Positions 1 to 12,710 of a stretch of DNA of 64,000 bases are shown in pieces. This stretch comes from Kondoa subrosea. Its lineage: Eukaryota. Positions within the stretch are counted from its first letter, which is position 1; each line of letters opens with the position of its first letter. The notes under the pieces are model-generated. The model did not search any database, had not been told where the DNA came from, and was given only the letters and a program-made list of their open reading frames with translations. The stretch spans positions 920,925-984,924 of the forward strand of contig BCIN01000004.1 of NCBI GenBank assembly GCA_039545335.1, read 5' to 3'. A program made the translations under genes and the position numbers.

Positions 1-258
1 GCTTACACAGGTGCACCTGCCGCCGCTGCTGCTGGAGGTGCTGCCCCTGCTGCTGGAGGCGCCGCGTAAGTATTGCTTGTCCGCTCATTGACGCAAACAA
101 GCTCAATGCAAATTTATATATAGTGAGGAGAAGGAAGCCGAAAAGCCAAAGGAAGAAGAGAAGGAAGAGTCAGACGACGACATGGGCTTCGGTCTTTTGT
201 TAGTTGTCGCATTGAGGCTACTGAGATATGTGCTGAATATTTTTCTCGCAGCGACTAA
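1..258 (+). CDS. 60S acidic ribosomal protein P1/P2, 3' part (5' end lies outside the window)
   Basis: Exons 11-65, 124-198 and 252-258 splice to [45 protein letters not shown], the invariant P-protein C-terminus. P1 and P2 cannot be told apart from this fragment. Confidence 0.95.
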
Positions 259-640
259 ACGCTTCATCTCACTTCAAAATGAGCAACTGGGCTTCAAGGG
301 ACGCTCGGCAAAGGCAGATCATTGCAATGCTAGGCCAACTCGAATGCCCTCTTCTTAGATTCGACCAATTTCCCCGCTCTTTGCTTCCTGTTTCGGTGCC
401 AGATATCGTCTGGTTTTGCTCTGTATGAAGATATAACATCTTACTTCATGCCTCCTACTTTCTGGTCTTGTTGCCGCTCGTGTGTCACTACATGTGACTT
501 GTCTGTATTACGCAGCAAAACAGCGCTAGAAGCTTCTTGCTGACTCGTGCTTCCACTGTCTTTTTGTGTTCCACTGTCCTGTTGTGTTCCTCTCTCTCTC
601 GCTCTCTTTCCTACACCTATCTCACATTATTAATCCAACT

Positions 641-1745
641 ATGGACTACGAATCAATATGGAAGAATATGCCTCAGACTCACGCTGATTTGTCAACGAAG
701 GAATTGGGTCATCTGTTCTTAAATCCTGCTGCAAAACGTATTGTCGATCTCTCTGGTGTCACCAACGTTCCCACGGATCAGGACATAGCTGTCTTTGACT
801 GCGCGTATGTCCTCATGTTATCGAAATCAAAGGAAAGAAGGGAAATATTGCTGATTCTGAATGCAACAGAGCTGGATGTGGTGTTGTTGGTGCTCTAATC
901 TATGCTTTGAAGCCAGAGTACAAGAACAGAAAGAACATGACGCTGTTATGTACGACCAACAAACAGTACTTCTCTCGCTTTGAAAGTGGTTGACTGTTTT
1001 CTTTCCAATCTTAGTTGGCGATATCAATGAAGCTGGTCTGGAAGTTTGCAGAGAACGTGCTGCTAAGGATGGATGGAACAATTGCAAAATTGAGATGATT
1101 GATGCCATGGTCAGACTTTCTTCACTTTGTTCACTGTTGATCTTTGAACTTATGCTGTTTTCCCACATTTAAAGGACACCAAGCTAGCCGATAATTCGTT
1201 TACTCACATCATCGTGAACTATGGTATTCAACTATTCAAAGATGGTCAAGTCGCCCTCAAGGAACTCTTCCGTATTTTGAAACCTGGTGGAATCTTGACA
1301 TTCTCCGCTCACAAAGATGTTGATTGGTTAGAACAAGCAAAAACCGCTTGTACTAATCTGGGCTTACCTCCTCCAATGTAAGTCAGCGGCCATTATTTGA
1401 AACAACTCTACTGAACCTGCAAGAAGGAGTGTCGATATTGGACCCTTATCCAAATGGAACAGCGATGCTTCTTTCCCTATTTTACAAGAGATCGGTTTCA
1501 TTGATGTCAAATCGGACTTCTTGGAGAATTTGATCGATATGCAAGAAAGGGTCGATAGTCAATTCATTGAGATGTTGCATATGGCTTGGCCTATGATATC
1601 TGCAATGTGGGATGAGGCTAATAAAGGAAGGATGGAAGAGTTTCGCGTTGAAGTCGATCGATTGCTCAAGGAAGAACGCAAGGAGAAAGGGAAAGTCATT
1701 ATCAGAATGGCAGGACCTATGTTTTACGCTAAGAAGCCAGAGTAG
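641..1745 (+). CDS. Class I SAM-dependent methyltransferase (multi-exon)
   Basis: ATG at 641. Splicing gives motif I VFDCA|AGCGVVG, then GDIN (motif II), MIDAM-DTKLADNSFTHIIVNYG and ALKELFRILKPGG. Stop at 1745. Confidence 0.85.
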
Positions 1746-2050
1746 TTATGTTATAAGATAGCATCGTATCGTTTAGTTAGGCTTCAATTGAATGCTTCGC
1801 TTGCAAAATCTTGCCTAATTTTCCATCGATAGATTTTCCTGAAGCTAGGACTATCTAGTTCCCTAATTCGAAGCAAATTGTTAGGCGTCAATGGATGAAG
1901 TCATTAATGTTGATGTTTCTACATCTTCTTGCTCCGAGTCGTTGATGTCCTATCCGAATCACTTTGAGCTCCGTGTCTTCTGAATCTATTTCCTTTCTAT
2001 TTTATTCTTCAATCTTTCTCTTCGCACACATCATTAATTTGACAAAAGAA

Positions 2051-2478
2051 ATGCAAGCTCCGTTCGATGTGCAAGCAATGTTTGCAAGCGTTGACTCGGG
2101 CGATGCCAATCAATTCGGACCTTTCTTGCATGAAGGTACGCGTCGTTGCTCGTTCGTTTGAGCGTTCATCTGACAGTCCTCCTAGATTGCGTGCTGTACA
2201 TGGGCGAATTCGAACCCGTACAAGGCCGACAAGCGATTGTTGCTTTTGTTCAGACAATCTTGGACGGGGTCAGATCTATGAAGCATTTCAACGTCGAAGC
2301 AAGTGTGATGCCTTCATTGTGCTTCTTGGAAGGAAAAGTCAAATATGAAACTCATAATGGCAAAGAAGTGACTGTTGGCTTCTTGAACAAGGTCGAAGTG
2401 GATGAGAAGGGACTCTGCACAGTGTACAAGGGATATCTAGATTCTGCTCCTTTAAAGGCAGCAATTCAAGAGGCCTAG
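2051..2478 (+). CDS. Small SnoaL-like/NTF2-fold protein
   Basis: Two exons: MQAPFDVQAMFASVDSGDANQFGPFLHE|DCVLYMGEFEPVQGRQAIVAFV...YKGYLDSAPL. The D..D...F...D....G..AI..F pattern is typical of SnoaL-like domains. Confidence 0.7.
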
Positions 2479-2712
2479 CATACATACGTACATGAATTAC
2501 TTGCGCAGCGATGGAAGAAGAGCTAGTTCCTTCCTGCTCTGATACACACAATCAGACTACGATGAGCCATTAATTGATACGAATGCGATCCAAAGCAATT
2601 CTCAAAAGATTACGTAATGCAGGTTTTCAGCAAACAATTGCCCTAATCATTCACTCGCCTGTCTGTTGCAAAGACGGCCCTCTCACGAAGATTTACAGCA
2701 CTCGCGCTCACG

Positions 2713-4690
2713 ATGACTCGAAGAACGAGCAGTCGCCTGGCTGCATCTATTATTCCCAGGCCCATTGCGAGCACTTCCAACATTTCAGATGAAGAGCCCT
2801 CTGCTGCTATTCCTTTGCCTGTCCTACCTGCTGGTCTACCTTCTCTAATTGTACCCATGATCGATGAAGCTCCAGCGAAGAAGAAACGTAAAGTAAATGC
2901 GGAAACAGCTATCAAAAGTGAAGTCATAGGAGATGAAGAAAAGAAGCCAAAGAAGCGTAAAGTGAAGGCTAAAGCAGATGTCAAAGAAGAAGATATGGAT
3001 GTCGTAGATGACAAGCCAAGAAAGGAGAAGAAACCTCGAAAGAAGAAGTCTGATCTACCTGAAAGCTTTCCTTTGCGCAATCGAGGGGAGTCTTTGAAAT
3101 TCATTGGGTCACATTGCAGTGCTGCCGGTTCGTTGTGTTCTCTCATGTACTCCTGATCTTACCGCTTATCGCAGGCGGCGTCGAATTCGCGCCGGTCAAT
3201 GTAAGGCCCCTCTCAAGTAATTGTTTAGGCTGGTCTGAGTAATGTGACAGTCTCTGAAAGTGACTGGTCATGCATTTGCTCTCTTCTTGAAAAATCAAAA
3301 ACAATGGGCGGGAAAAGCGATGACGGACCTCAACGTTGAGCTCTTTGCTGCGAGATGCGATGGGAAGACAGGTAAAGATGACGAAGTACTCGCTGATGGC
3401 AAGGGATATGATCGAATCAAGCATGGTGAGCTTCTCTACTGGTCTCCGTTTGGCAAATCGCTCACGCTACGTCAATCTGCTCAGTGGTTCCTCATGGTAA
3501 TCTTCCCCGTCTCGTCAGCTTCATTTCTCTGATTGTAAGCTAGGCAACTATCTCGTCAATCTAGCAAATCCAGATGCAGACAAATGGAAGAAATCGAATG
3601 ATTGTTTCCTCGATGAACTTAAGCGAGCAGAACAACTAGGAATCCATTTGTTCAACTTCCAGTTAGCTTTGTTCCGATCTCGTATTTTCTTTCATGCTGA
3701 TTGCTTGCTTGCATTCAGTCCTGGATCCACTACAGGAGGATGTACAAGAGAGGCAGGAATAGCTTCTATTGCTAAAGCCATTAATGAAGCGCACAAGGAA
3801 ACTTCGTTCGTCAGAATTTTGATCGAGAACATGGTACTTCCCCTTTTTCCTACTTCATTTCACTCTTGAACTGATTGAATATCAAGGCTGGTAAAGGCAA
3901 CATCATTGGCGGCAAATTTGAAGACTTGAGAGACATCATCGCTCTAGTGGAAAACAAAGACAGAGTTGGCGTTTGTATGGACACGGCTCACACATTTGCT
4001 GCTGGTTACGATCTTCGCTCGGCTGAAGCTTATACCGAAACCATGAATCAATTCGAAGAGATTGTTGGCTTGAAGTATTTATTAGCCTTCCACGTCAATG
4101 ACAGTAAGGCAGAGTCAGTATTTTCCAGCTTTTTGATAGTTTCCAGGATTGATCACTCGATGGATACAGTTTGGCAAGTCATCGAGACCTGCACGAGAAC
4201 ATTGGAATGGGTCATATTGGTTTGAGAGGCTTTGCAAATCTGGTAGGAGACCCAAGATTTGATGGATTGCCATTTATCTTAGAAACGCCTATGCTGGATG
4301 TGAGTAATCAAGAGGTTCTTATTGAACCACGCTTAGCGCATAATACAGGGAACTCTCAATGCTGATGGCGCTGGAGGTCTAGTCTGGCAGCAAGAAATCG
4401 AACTGCTCTACCGTCTTGAAGCGATTAGTCGAGATACGAAGCCTGAAGATGTGCAGGTTCGGATTGACGAGGATGAAGTAGTACAAAGACTCTTTGGAGC
4501 GATCAAGCAAGTAGTGGAGAAGAATCGGGAGGAGCAGGCTAAAGCGAAAGAAGAGAAGAAAGCAGCGAAAGCAGCTGAGAAGGCAGAGGGAAAGAGCGAT
4601 AGTAAGCCGAAGAAGGGTAAGAAGAGTAAGACGAAAGAGGAAGAGGAAGGGGAAGAGAGTGCGCTTTCGGAGTTGCCAGACGAAATTTAA
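2713..4690 (+). CDS. APN1: AP endonuclease, endonuclease IV family
   Basis: Motifs [88 protein letters not shown]. Lys-rich N- and C-terminal tails. Confidence 0.95.
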
Positions 4691-5427
4691 GTGAAGAACA
4701 TTCATGACCATACAATTCGTTCTGCTACCACTCCCATTCTACTCCAGAAAGCATACTCATTTCTCGCGCCTGACTTATATCAAATAGTGTTTCCTTCCTA
4801 GACTACAGATTAGCATTGAACAAACAGTTCAAGATCTGATCACATACTCATTACTTAATACCATGTCAAATTCGCAATTCTTGCTGCACACTTGCAGTCG
4901 GGCCGTTCGATCCACTAGAAGGAAATGTAAGGATGAAGCGACAAGCCGAGGAAGTGTAGCTGTACACTAAGGTCAGCAATTTGTCGTCCTGCCGTGAGAG
5001 TTCCAAACCCACCAGTGATGATTCGACGACAATCTCAAAGTCATCGTGGTACTGCAAAGAGAGGAAAAAAAACCAAGACGAGAGAAGCAGAAAGGAAGTA
5101 TGAACGCAAGGCAGTTTTTACGTAAGTGAGAATTGTCTCAGCGAAATTTGCACGTCGCAATCAATCGCAATAAGCCGCAGTCGACAGCAGCCATCAACAG
5201 CCAGCAAGACAGTCTCGAAAAGACAGATCAGACGCACAGTACCCAAGAAACAGAATTCGTATGTAATGTACTCGGAATCAGCGAAGACAGTCTAGCGATA
5301 CTTGCATGTTGTGATATTCCGCAATAGGTACAATACAGGTATCTTCAGACCTATCGTTCATCGCTGCTTCGCGCTGATCGAGGTTTACGCAAGAAAAGCG
5401 AAAATTGCTTTGGGTTAACCTGTAGCG

Positions 5428-8140
5428 ATGGATGAAAGCTATGTGATAGCTCAAAAAGCAGCAGCTATAGCTTCTACTTCTGCGGTACCCTTTTCAGCAG
5501 CTTCAACAGCTCTAGATACCAACACCTTGATTCTCACAACCCAAGGCGATGGGATCCATTTCATTTCAGTGGAAGACAGCACTCCTTTGGCTAGTCTGAC
5601 ACTAGGTCCTTCCGCACGCTTCTCCACTCCTGCTGTAGCTCGAAAAGGCAAACAAAAATCGACTTGTGTGGTTTGCGCTGGAGTGCAGGATTCTGATGAA
5701 GTTTGGTTATGGAAGGCAAAGACCAAAGAGGATCTGAGCTTTGTTGAGGAACCTACCAAGATTGCAAAGAAGGTGAATCCGGTGCTTTGTAGCGTCAGAC
5801 AGAAACTGAGCAGGCTTTCCTGCAAAGGTCGAAAAGCGAATCATAGCTTTGGCAGCACTCAATACCAAAGCTTCAGCTGCTTTCGCTACAATCTCTTCTT
5901 CTGGTGATGTTTCAGCCGTAGACGAAGATTTTCAACAAGTTGCAAAACTTCCCTCACAAACCTCAAGCAGTAGTACAACTCTTTCTGCAAGACTGCAAGC
6001 TCTCCCATCTACTGTTAATTCTTCCTCTATTCTTCTGGCGACTCTGTTTCATACCACCAACACCGTATCTCCATCAAAGAAGCAGAAACCTCGAAAGTCG
6101 AAAACACAAACAGAAGATCCTCCTTTCAATCGCACTGCAAGTCTCAAGTTCATCTCTTTAGACGACAATACTTTGAGTACACTCGGTACTGTGGATCTAC
6201 CTGAGAAGGATATAATCGACCTTTCGTATTCTTCAGAATCCCGTCTTCTCTCAGTTCTTTGCGCCTCAGGTGTATGGACTACCTATTCCCTATCACTTTC
6301 ATACGAACTCAAGTCATTGCGTTGCCTTCCACTGTCACCGAATTACATCGTCTTGTTGACACCCGAAGCGAGTTCAGCACAAGCAATGCATCTTCTGCCC
6401 TTAAACGATAGCTATGTACTATTGGCAGCACCTCAGAAAGCGAAAGATCAATCAGTCAGTCTATCAGTCTGGGATCTACGCTTTGGTGTTCCTCTTGTGA
6501 TATCAGAATGTACTATCGCTTCACCCAATTACCATCAAGTTACTCTGTCCAGCTTATCTCCTCTCCTAGTCACTCTAACACAATGTAACAAAGCTTCCAC
6601 TCAAGTTCACGGTCTACCTCTCTCTTTGCCAACGACTTCCACAATCGCAGCTGTGTTAGGTAAACAATCTCTAGCGAAACCTTTCCTCGTTCCACAAAGG
6701 CAAGAAGCTCAATTTGAAGATGAAGAACGAAGAAGAAAACTATCAAACATTCATCCTTTAGCTTCTTCTAGCAAAAAAGAATTCGCAACTGCTTGTTCTG
6801 AATCTCGAAATCAACTCTTAGTCTCCATCTCTTCTGCTACACCTGAAACAAAAGTGGATGATTTATTTGAAGCTTGGTTAGAGAAGGAAATTGAGAGGAA
6901 AAGACAATATGTTTCGGAGAAAGAAAGTTTAAGGATTGAAGCGAGGAAAGAAAGAGCTGCTAGAAGTTTGATCGTTAATGTTAAACCTACTGGATCAAAC
7001 AAATCGGTTGTCAACAAGAAGAAAGCTTCTTCCAAATGGCCTCAACCTGTTGTTCAAGAAGAAAAGGAGGAGAAAGTGGAAGAAGTGGTCAAACCTGGGA
7101 AATCGGCTATGTTGCTTGCGCATGAGTTGAGTGATGATGAGGAACAGAGGGATAGGAATTTTGCAGAGGTACAAGCCTTGGAAGAAAGCTCGTCAGAATC
7201 GGTTGGTGTAGCTGAGGAGGTGAAGAAGCAACCAAAAGCGAGATCTACTCCTCGATTTGCAACACCTCATCAAGGCTTCAAGGCGAGTTTCTTTATGTTA
7301 GCAAGGGTTCTTAAGCTGAATCAGTAGTACAGCCTGCACTTCCCATCAATTTCGTCTCTCGATTGATGCAGCTGTGCATGGATGACAAGTGGGCAACAGA
7401 TCGTCCGATCAAGACGATGCGATATCTACTCGAACGAAGAGTTGTGTCAGACGCTTCAGTAGAAGGCGGTTTGGTGCTGGCTTTCCGAAAAGCTGGACTC
7501 TGGGTGAGTCAATCCGAATTGTATTAATCAATCCGCTGAAAGACTCGGTCAGGCTCTCGTCGCTATTGCACTGAAAGTTGTACCAGATATCTCTGAAGCC
7601 ACACTCATATCACTCCTGGTCGAAACTCTTCACAACCCGCAATCATCAACAGAAGATGCATCAGAAGTGCACGCAGTACCAAGATTTCCGCCATTCTTAG
7701 CAAAGATCGTCAGCTGCCCTATGACTCAAAAGGATCTGCGTCAAGCTCTCGCATCTCAAATGAATCTCAAAGAAGTTCGACGCTGCCTCCAGATCCTGCA
7801 AACTTGGGTTGAGCATTGGAACTCGCCTAGCATACGCTACAGACCTCGGATTCCTCAATTGCCTGATATTCTAGCTTTAATGTCTACTTTGGTTGACGCT
7901 CATTTCGTCGGCTTATTGCAGGATCAAACTACTTATAAGATACTGCAAGCGATAGGGCAACAGATAGCTTTGGCTACACAAATCAACGAGGATATGATGT
8001 TGCTTAAAGGTCCTCTAGATAACTTAAAGCGAGAGTACAAGAAGATGAATAAGCCTTTGTCGGCGGCAGAAGAGGCGCGACGGAAATTGGAAGAGGAGCA
8101 AGCGATTGGTGCTTACAGTCTGGACGTGCTAGAAGTCTAG
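5428..8140 (+). CDS. Utp8/NOL11-like small-subunit processome protein
   Basis: N-terminal TTQGDGIHFISVED...LTLGPSARF beta-propeller start, SVWDLRFGV, internal YLLERRVVS, LVDAHFVGLL, and C-terminal IGAYSLDVLEV resembling the NOL11/Utp8 terminal YS(I/L)E.L motif. Family call is from recalled motifs. Confidence 0.65.
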
Positions 8141-8236
8141 AAAATGCTATATATATGCGATCATAATAAACTACCCGGATATCTATGCAAGGTACTTAGA
8201 ATGTATTCCAACCCTCATTCCCCAAAGACCTGCCAA

Positions 8237-11200
8237 TTATGTTAGTCCAGCGCCATTAAAGTTGCTCACACTTACTGCTTCAACCTCGTCCACTGCCGGT
8301 CCAGAGTGCGGACTTGAAGGAGCTGGCCCGTACTCAATTTCGTCAGCAGGCGCAATATCGTTATCATCGTCCACAACAGAAGCCAATACCGGTCGTAGCG
8401 CAGGTGAGATAGGTTCTGTGCTGCCACGGCGCGGCCGAGGGGATCTTGGTGATCCGCCATGTACAGCCAAATCTCTTTCTTCTTCCAGCGCATGGATAAT
8501 ATCGGGACTCATATCTGACCATTCAGGTCTACCTTGACTTAGGCCATCGTCGCTTCCATTATCGCCATCGGCAGATTCTGAGTCGCTGAAGTTCAAATAG
8601 CCTATGCTGCCGACGCTTTCTGAATCGCTTATGCTATCAGCATCACCCAGGATTTCGCCGAGGCGTGACCATGCGCTTTCAGCTTGTTCACCGCTGCCTT
8701 CTGGGAACAGCGAAGGAATACCGTTGGCATCAACGGAATAGCGAGGTGTCAAGATATCGCCTAGAATCTGCTCGTAGTCTTCGAGATAGCCGTCTTGGAA
8801 CGAGGTTGAGCTATAGCTGGTTCGCTCGAACGACTCTGATCCATAGGTTTTGATAGACCGAGCAGGAGGGAAACTTTCGACTAAACCAAAGTTGACTGAA
8901 GGCGATTGAGGCGGTTGATCACCATCCGAGCCGCTTTGATTCTGGCTAGAGGATCTGCGATGCAAAAGAGGAGCATAGGCAGAGTAGTGTTTCTGGTTGA
9001 AAAATTTGACCAGGCCACGGAGCGCTTGTTCATTCGACTGTATGGTAGAAGTTCAGCTTGACATACTGAGTGCATGCTGCTCTGACTGACCAAGGAGTCT
9101 TCTACGTCTCCGTCAATGTCATTCGTGGTGAGCCATTCGTCTCTCAGATCCGGTCGGCAATTAAGGTAAATAGCGGTAATGACTTTCATATTAGCTGAAA
9201 GAGCCAATATGAGGAATGTTCCTCGCACAGTTTAAGAAAGGCTTACACTGCCTCCATTTGCGACCACAATAGGGAACTTGGCTTTTCATGGCCTTCAGAG
9301 CATATAGTTGCAGCAGAGGATGAGACACCTTCAATATTCTCTTGAGAATGGCCTGTCAAAATGCTCATGGTCTCAGCAACGTCCGTTTCGTCAATCGAGC
9401 CACCTACCGAGCTCTTGTATTGCACTAAGAGAAGCACTCTATGTAATTTGCGCTTTGTGAGTTTTTGCAATATATGGAGGAAGTTGATGACTGCGAAAAA
9501 GGAGCGAGAAGAAAAATCATGGATCATTTCGATTTCGCCGTCATCAATTGCAGTAGCGGCAGGAGATACAGCAGACTTGGTCGAACTTGTTCTGCGCATC
9601 GGTTCTTCCAGAGGAGCGGGATTCATGGAACCGTAAGTCGAGCAATAACGGAAGAAACTTGGCAAATTTCAGCAGATGTCTTTGCAGTAATGGTCAGCTT
9701 ACTTTAGGTCTTCCACCTCGTTCTTTATCCGTACTTGGTTCGACACTTCTTGCAAGCCGAAGAGCTTCAGAATCAATAATAAGCAATTAGAGTCGACTAA
9801 TAGTTGCGCAAAGTAGTGAAACTTCATCACATCTGTTGTCTATCAGAGATACTTCGGTTCACAGACGGCAAAACCTTACGAGAGGTTTTAAGCCATTTCA
9901 GCGTAAGTATAATAATTGCAGAAACGGCTTTTGATGTGATTTCGCGATGACGAATGATGTCTGTCTCTTCTACGCTGAGCTCTGGCGGAGGCTCGTCTAG
10001 AAAAATCTCAGAGCTAGACTACATGTATATCGAGGTAGCATACCTTCAGCAGTAGGTGGCAGATTATTCATACTGTTATTCGCAGTCACGGTAGCCAACA
10101 AAAGCTTGAGCAGGACAATGACTGCGCTTTGCATATTTGGGAGGACTGCTCTCTAGCTCAAAGATTTAGCCTTCAGAAGAACTGAGTGCAGGTGACTTAC
10201 ATAAATGATCTCGATTCGCTGCAGGCGCTTGACATCCTGAATACGTTGCCTGAGTTTCTTCACTTCGCTGACACTCGAATTCCCATCCTTGAGCGTAACA
10301 TGATCGTTCTCCAAGTTGGCTTCATAATCATAGAGCATTTGCAAAGGATCCGCTTTCTCGTCTTCTTCTTCTTCAACTTCTCCACCTAGATCTAGACCAG
10401 CCATCCTTTCTTCAAGATTCAAAGCTTCAGCAGCCATTTTTTCCACATTCTCACCTACACCCGTTTCGTCTGCTATGCATTCTTCCCTTACTTTAACAGT
10501 CTGCCATAAATCTGTACTGATCCGAATGTTCTTCCTATACAGTTCACCAGCTTCATCAATACTTTGAGGCACGTAGCGATCTTTCCCATTCTTGATCCGA
10601 CTTGATCCAATAGTCCAATTGGCTTTCGAAAAGGGTAAGATGAAGGGTCGATTTTGATCCGTTTGAAATTGCTGTTTCTTTGGTTTCATATTAGGGGAAG
10701 GAGGAGGTGAAGGAGCAGGAGTAGCCGGCATTTGCTGTTGCTGTGGGCCTGGCTTACCTTGTTGAGGTTGCTCAGAGGCTTGTGAAGGATCAGGATGATC
10801 ATGGTGATCGTGATAAGGATATAGAGGTCGAAGAGGTGTAGGTGCCGAAGCTGCAGAGACTTGATCGAGTGAGATTTCAGCTATAGGTGCTTCGAGATCA
10901 GGCGGAAGATAGGTGGGGTATTTGGCTACGATATCATGACGAAATTGCTGCAGATCAAGAGGTGAGACTTTGGTGTACACTATTCGAACATATCTGTAAG
11001 ATCTGAAGAACGATAGTCGTCCGAGACACTCACGATTACGAGGTCTAGGAGGATCTGGTTTCAAGCCTTCGATCTCTCGTACAAGAGCTTTAACTCGACT
11101 GATATCTTTCTGACCTCCAAGACATGCCAAAAGGGACTTCCATACGAGTAGAAGCAGCTTCTTGACCGGATAGCCTTTAGCATTCTTTTCTCTAAGATTG

Positions 11201-12452
11201 GCGACCAACCCAAAGAGGTATATAGGTAAAGGTGGAGCGAGGGTCACTGGAATTCTTCAGCTAGGTTGACAACATTAAAATTTGAAAGCCTACTGAGTTC
11301 TTCGGCGAAATCTTCATCGCCTCGAAAGATTTCCACCATAAAGTAGAGAGTGCCCAAGTGTATAGCAATCTCAGCATTGATTTCCTCCAAGAACTCTTGT
11401 CTTTCTTTGATACTAGGGAAACCAGGCTGATCTGAGACGCTATCGTCTGGTACAGATCTAATCATGAATTCTGAGTCTGTCTACAAGCAACACAAAACAG
11501 TTAACGTACGAAACTACGTTCCATCTCCCACTAGCACTTCTCAGAGCATCGTACACGGCTTGCAAAGCTCCCAATTCCCGCATCAAAGCGCAATTCCGCA
11601 AAATCAGGCGCAATTGTTCATCTGGCGAAGAAGTATACATCGGTGTACCTTGAGACAGGTAAGTCAATGTTCGAGCTGCTTCAAATCGTCTTTCGGCGTC
11701 CTTGTGCTCTAGATGCTCTAGCGTTGTGCGAAGGAAAGATCGCTTGACGTTTTCGGGCTGGTCCAAAGATTTAGCTTAATCGCATAGCATGCGATATACT
11801 ACGCACAGCATTCGGCCAATCTGAATTCTAGTCTGAGTATATATTTTGACTAGGCGAATAATGAGCTTACCAGTCTGAGAGACGGATTCCCAACTTCTTT
11901 GCCAGCTTTCTTTGCCTTCAATGATCGCACCAGAAATCTCTACATACCTGCAACAATAATCGTAAGCAGTAGAAAGACGCGTCAATGAGTCAGACGTACG
12001 AGAAGAACTCTTCAAGCTCGTCCCTTGTAGGGGAAGTATCTGCATGATGATACGAATACTCATATTGCTGGACGAAGTCATTAGCTTTGGCTGATAAGCG
12101 AGCTTTCGCAGAAGCATACCTTGGGCTTGGGGAATTGAGCGACTATTCCACGAAGCTGACCCAATGACAGACTATCGGTAGGATTCGGTGTAGCAGATTC
12201 AGACGAGGGAGCAGGAATGATCAAAGGAGGTCCAGGTTTGGGATTGCTAGCGCTACTACTAGGAGATGCCTGAGTAGCTGCAGCAGTGGATCCAGGTGTT
12301 GTGCTGTTACTCGGAGCTACCTTCACTTGAGCAGATTCGACCGCGTGCTTGAACTCGACTTCTGCTTCGGGTATAGGGTGCCCTGGTTGAGCCTGTCTGC
12401 TGGTATCATCCACCACTGGCTTGATATCATTGGTTTTGGGCTCATCGGCCAT
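8237..12452 (-). CDS. FAR11: STRIPAK scaffold Far11/STRIP (N1221 + DUF3402 domains)
   Basis: Motifs DSLSLGQLR, ELEEFFSY, YLSQG, TLYFMVE, YPVKKLLLLVWKSLL, VPQSIDEAG, ILQKLTKRK, NMKVITAIYLNCRPDLRDEWL across many exons. ATG (MADEPK) at 12452. Confidence 0.92.
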
Positions 12453-12627
12453 GGCTCTCCAAAGAAAGAACTGTCTCAACAAGTCTCAACGTTGTCACCG
12501 AGCATGTCGAGTGCCCTCAAGCTAATCTAGTCTGCTCAGTGTTGTTCTGTCCATGTTCATGTCTCCTTGTCTCGCCTATGCTTCTTGTCATTCAAGATTG
12601 CGCCTCAATAAGCCATGTGCTCATGCA

Positions 12628-12634
12628 TATAAAA
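12628..12634 (+). promoter_or_regulatory. Candidate TATA box
   Basis: TATAAAA about 80 nt upstream of the ATG at 12711. Confidence 0.4.
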
Positions 12635-12710
12635 GGCCTTCGTTGTGACTTCGATGCTTTAAGTTGCCGTCAAACCTGCATTGCTTGCTTCTTTTTCGAT
12701 GCGGCCAAAT

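Noticed and set aside
588..612. CT-rich microsatellite-like run
   Set aside because: Ordinary pyrimidine-rich fungal promoter/5'UTR tract upstream of the methyltransferase.
641..2478. Methyltransferase + SnoaL pair as a secondary-metabolite cluster
   Set aside because: No PKS, NRPS or terpene backbone gene nearby; flanked by a ribosomal protein gene and APN1.
2610..2617. TTACGTAA palindrome upstream of APN1 (also near 5118) as a bZIP site
   Set aside because: An 8-mer expected by chance in 64 kb, with no supporting evidence.
2643..3146. Antisense and overlapping ORFs in the track (e.g. 2643-3146, 39641-40054, 62746-62937)
   Set aside because: Shadow frames of Lys/Glu-rich or low-complexity real exons.
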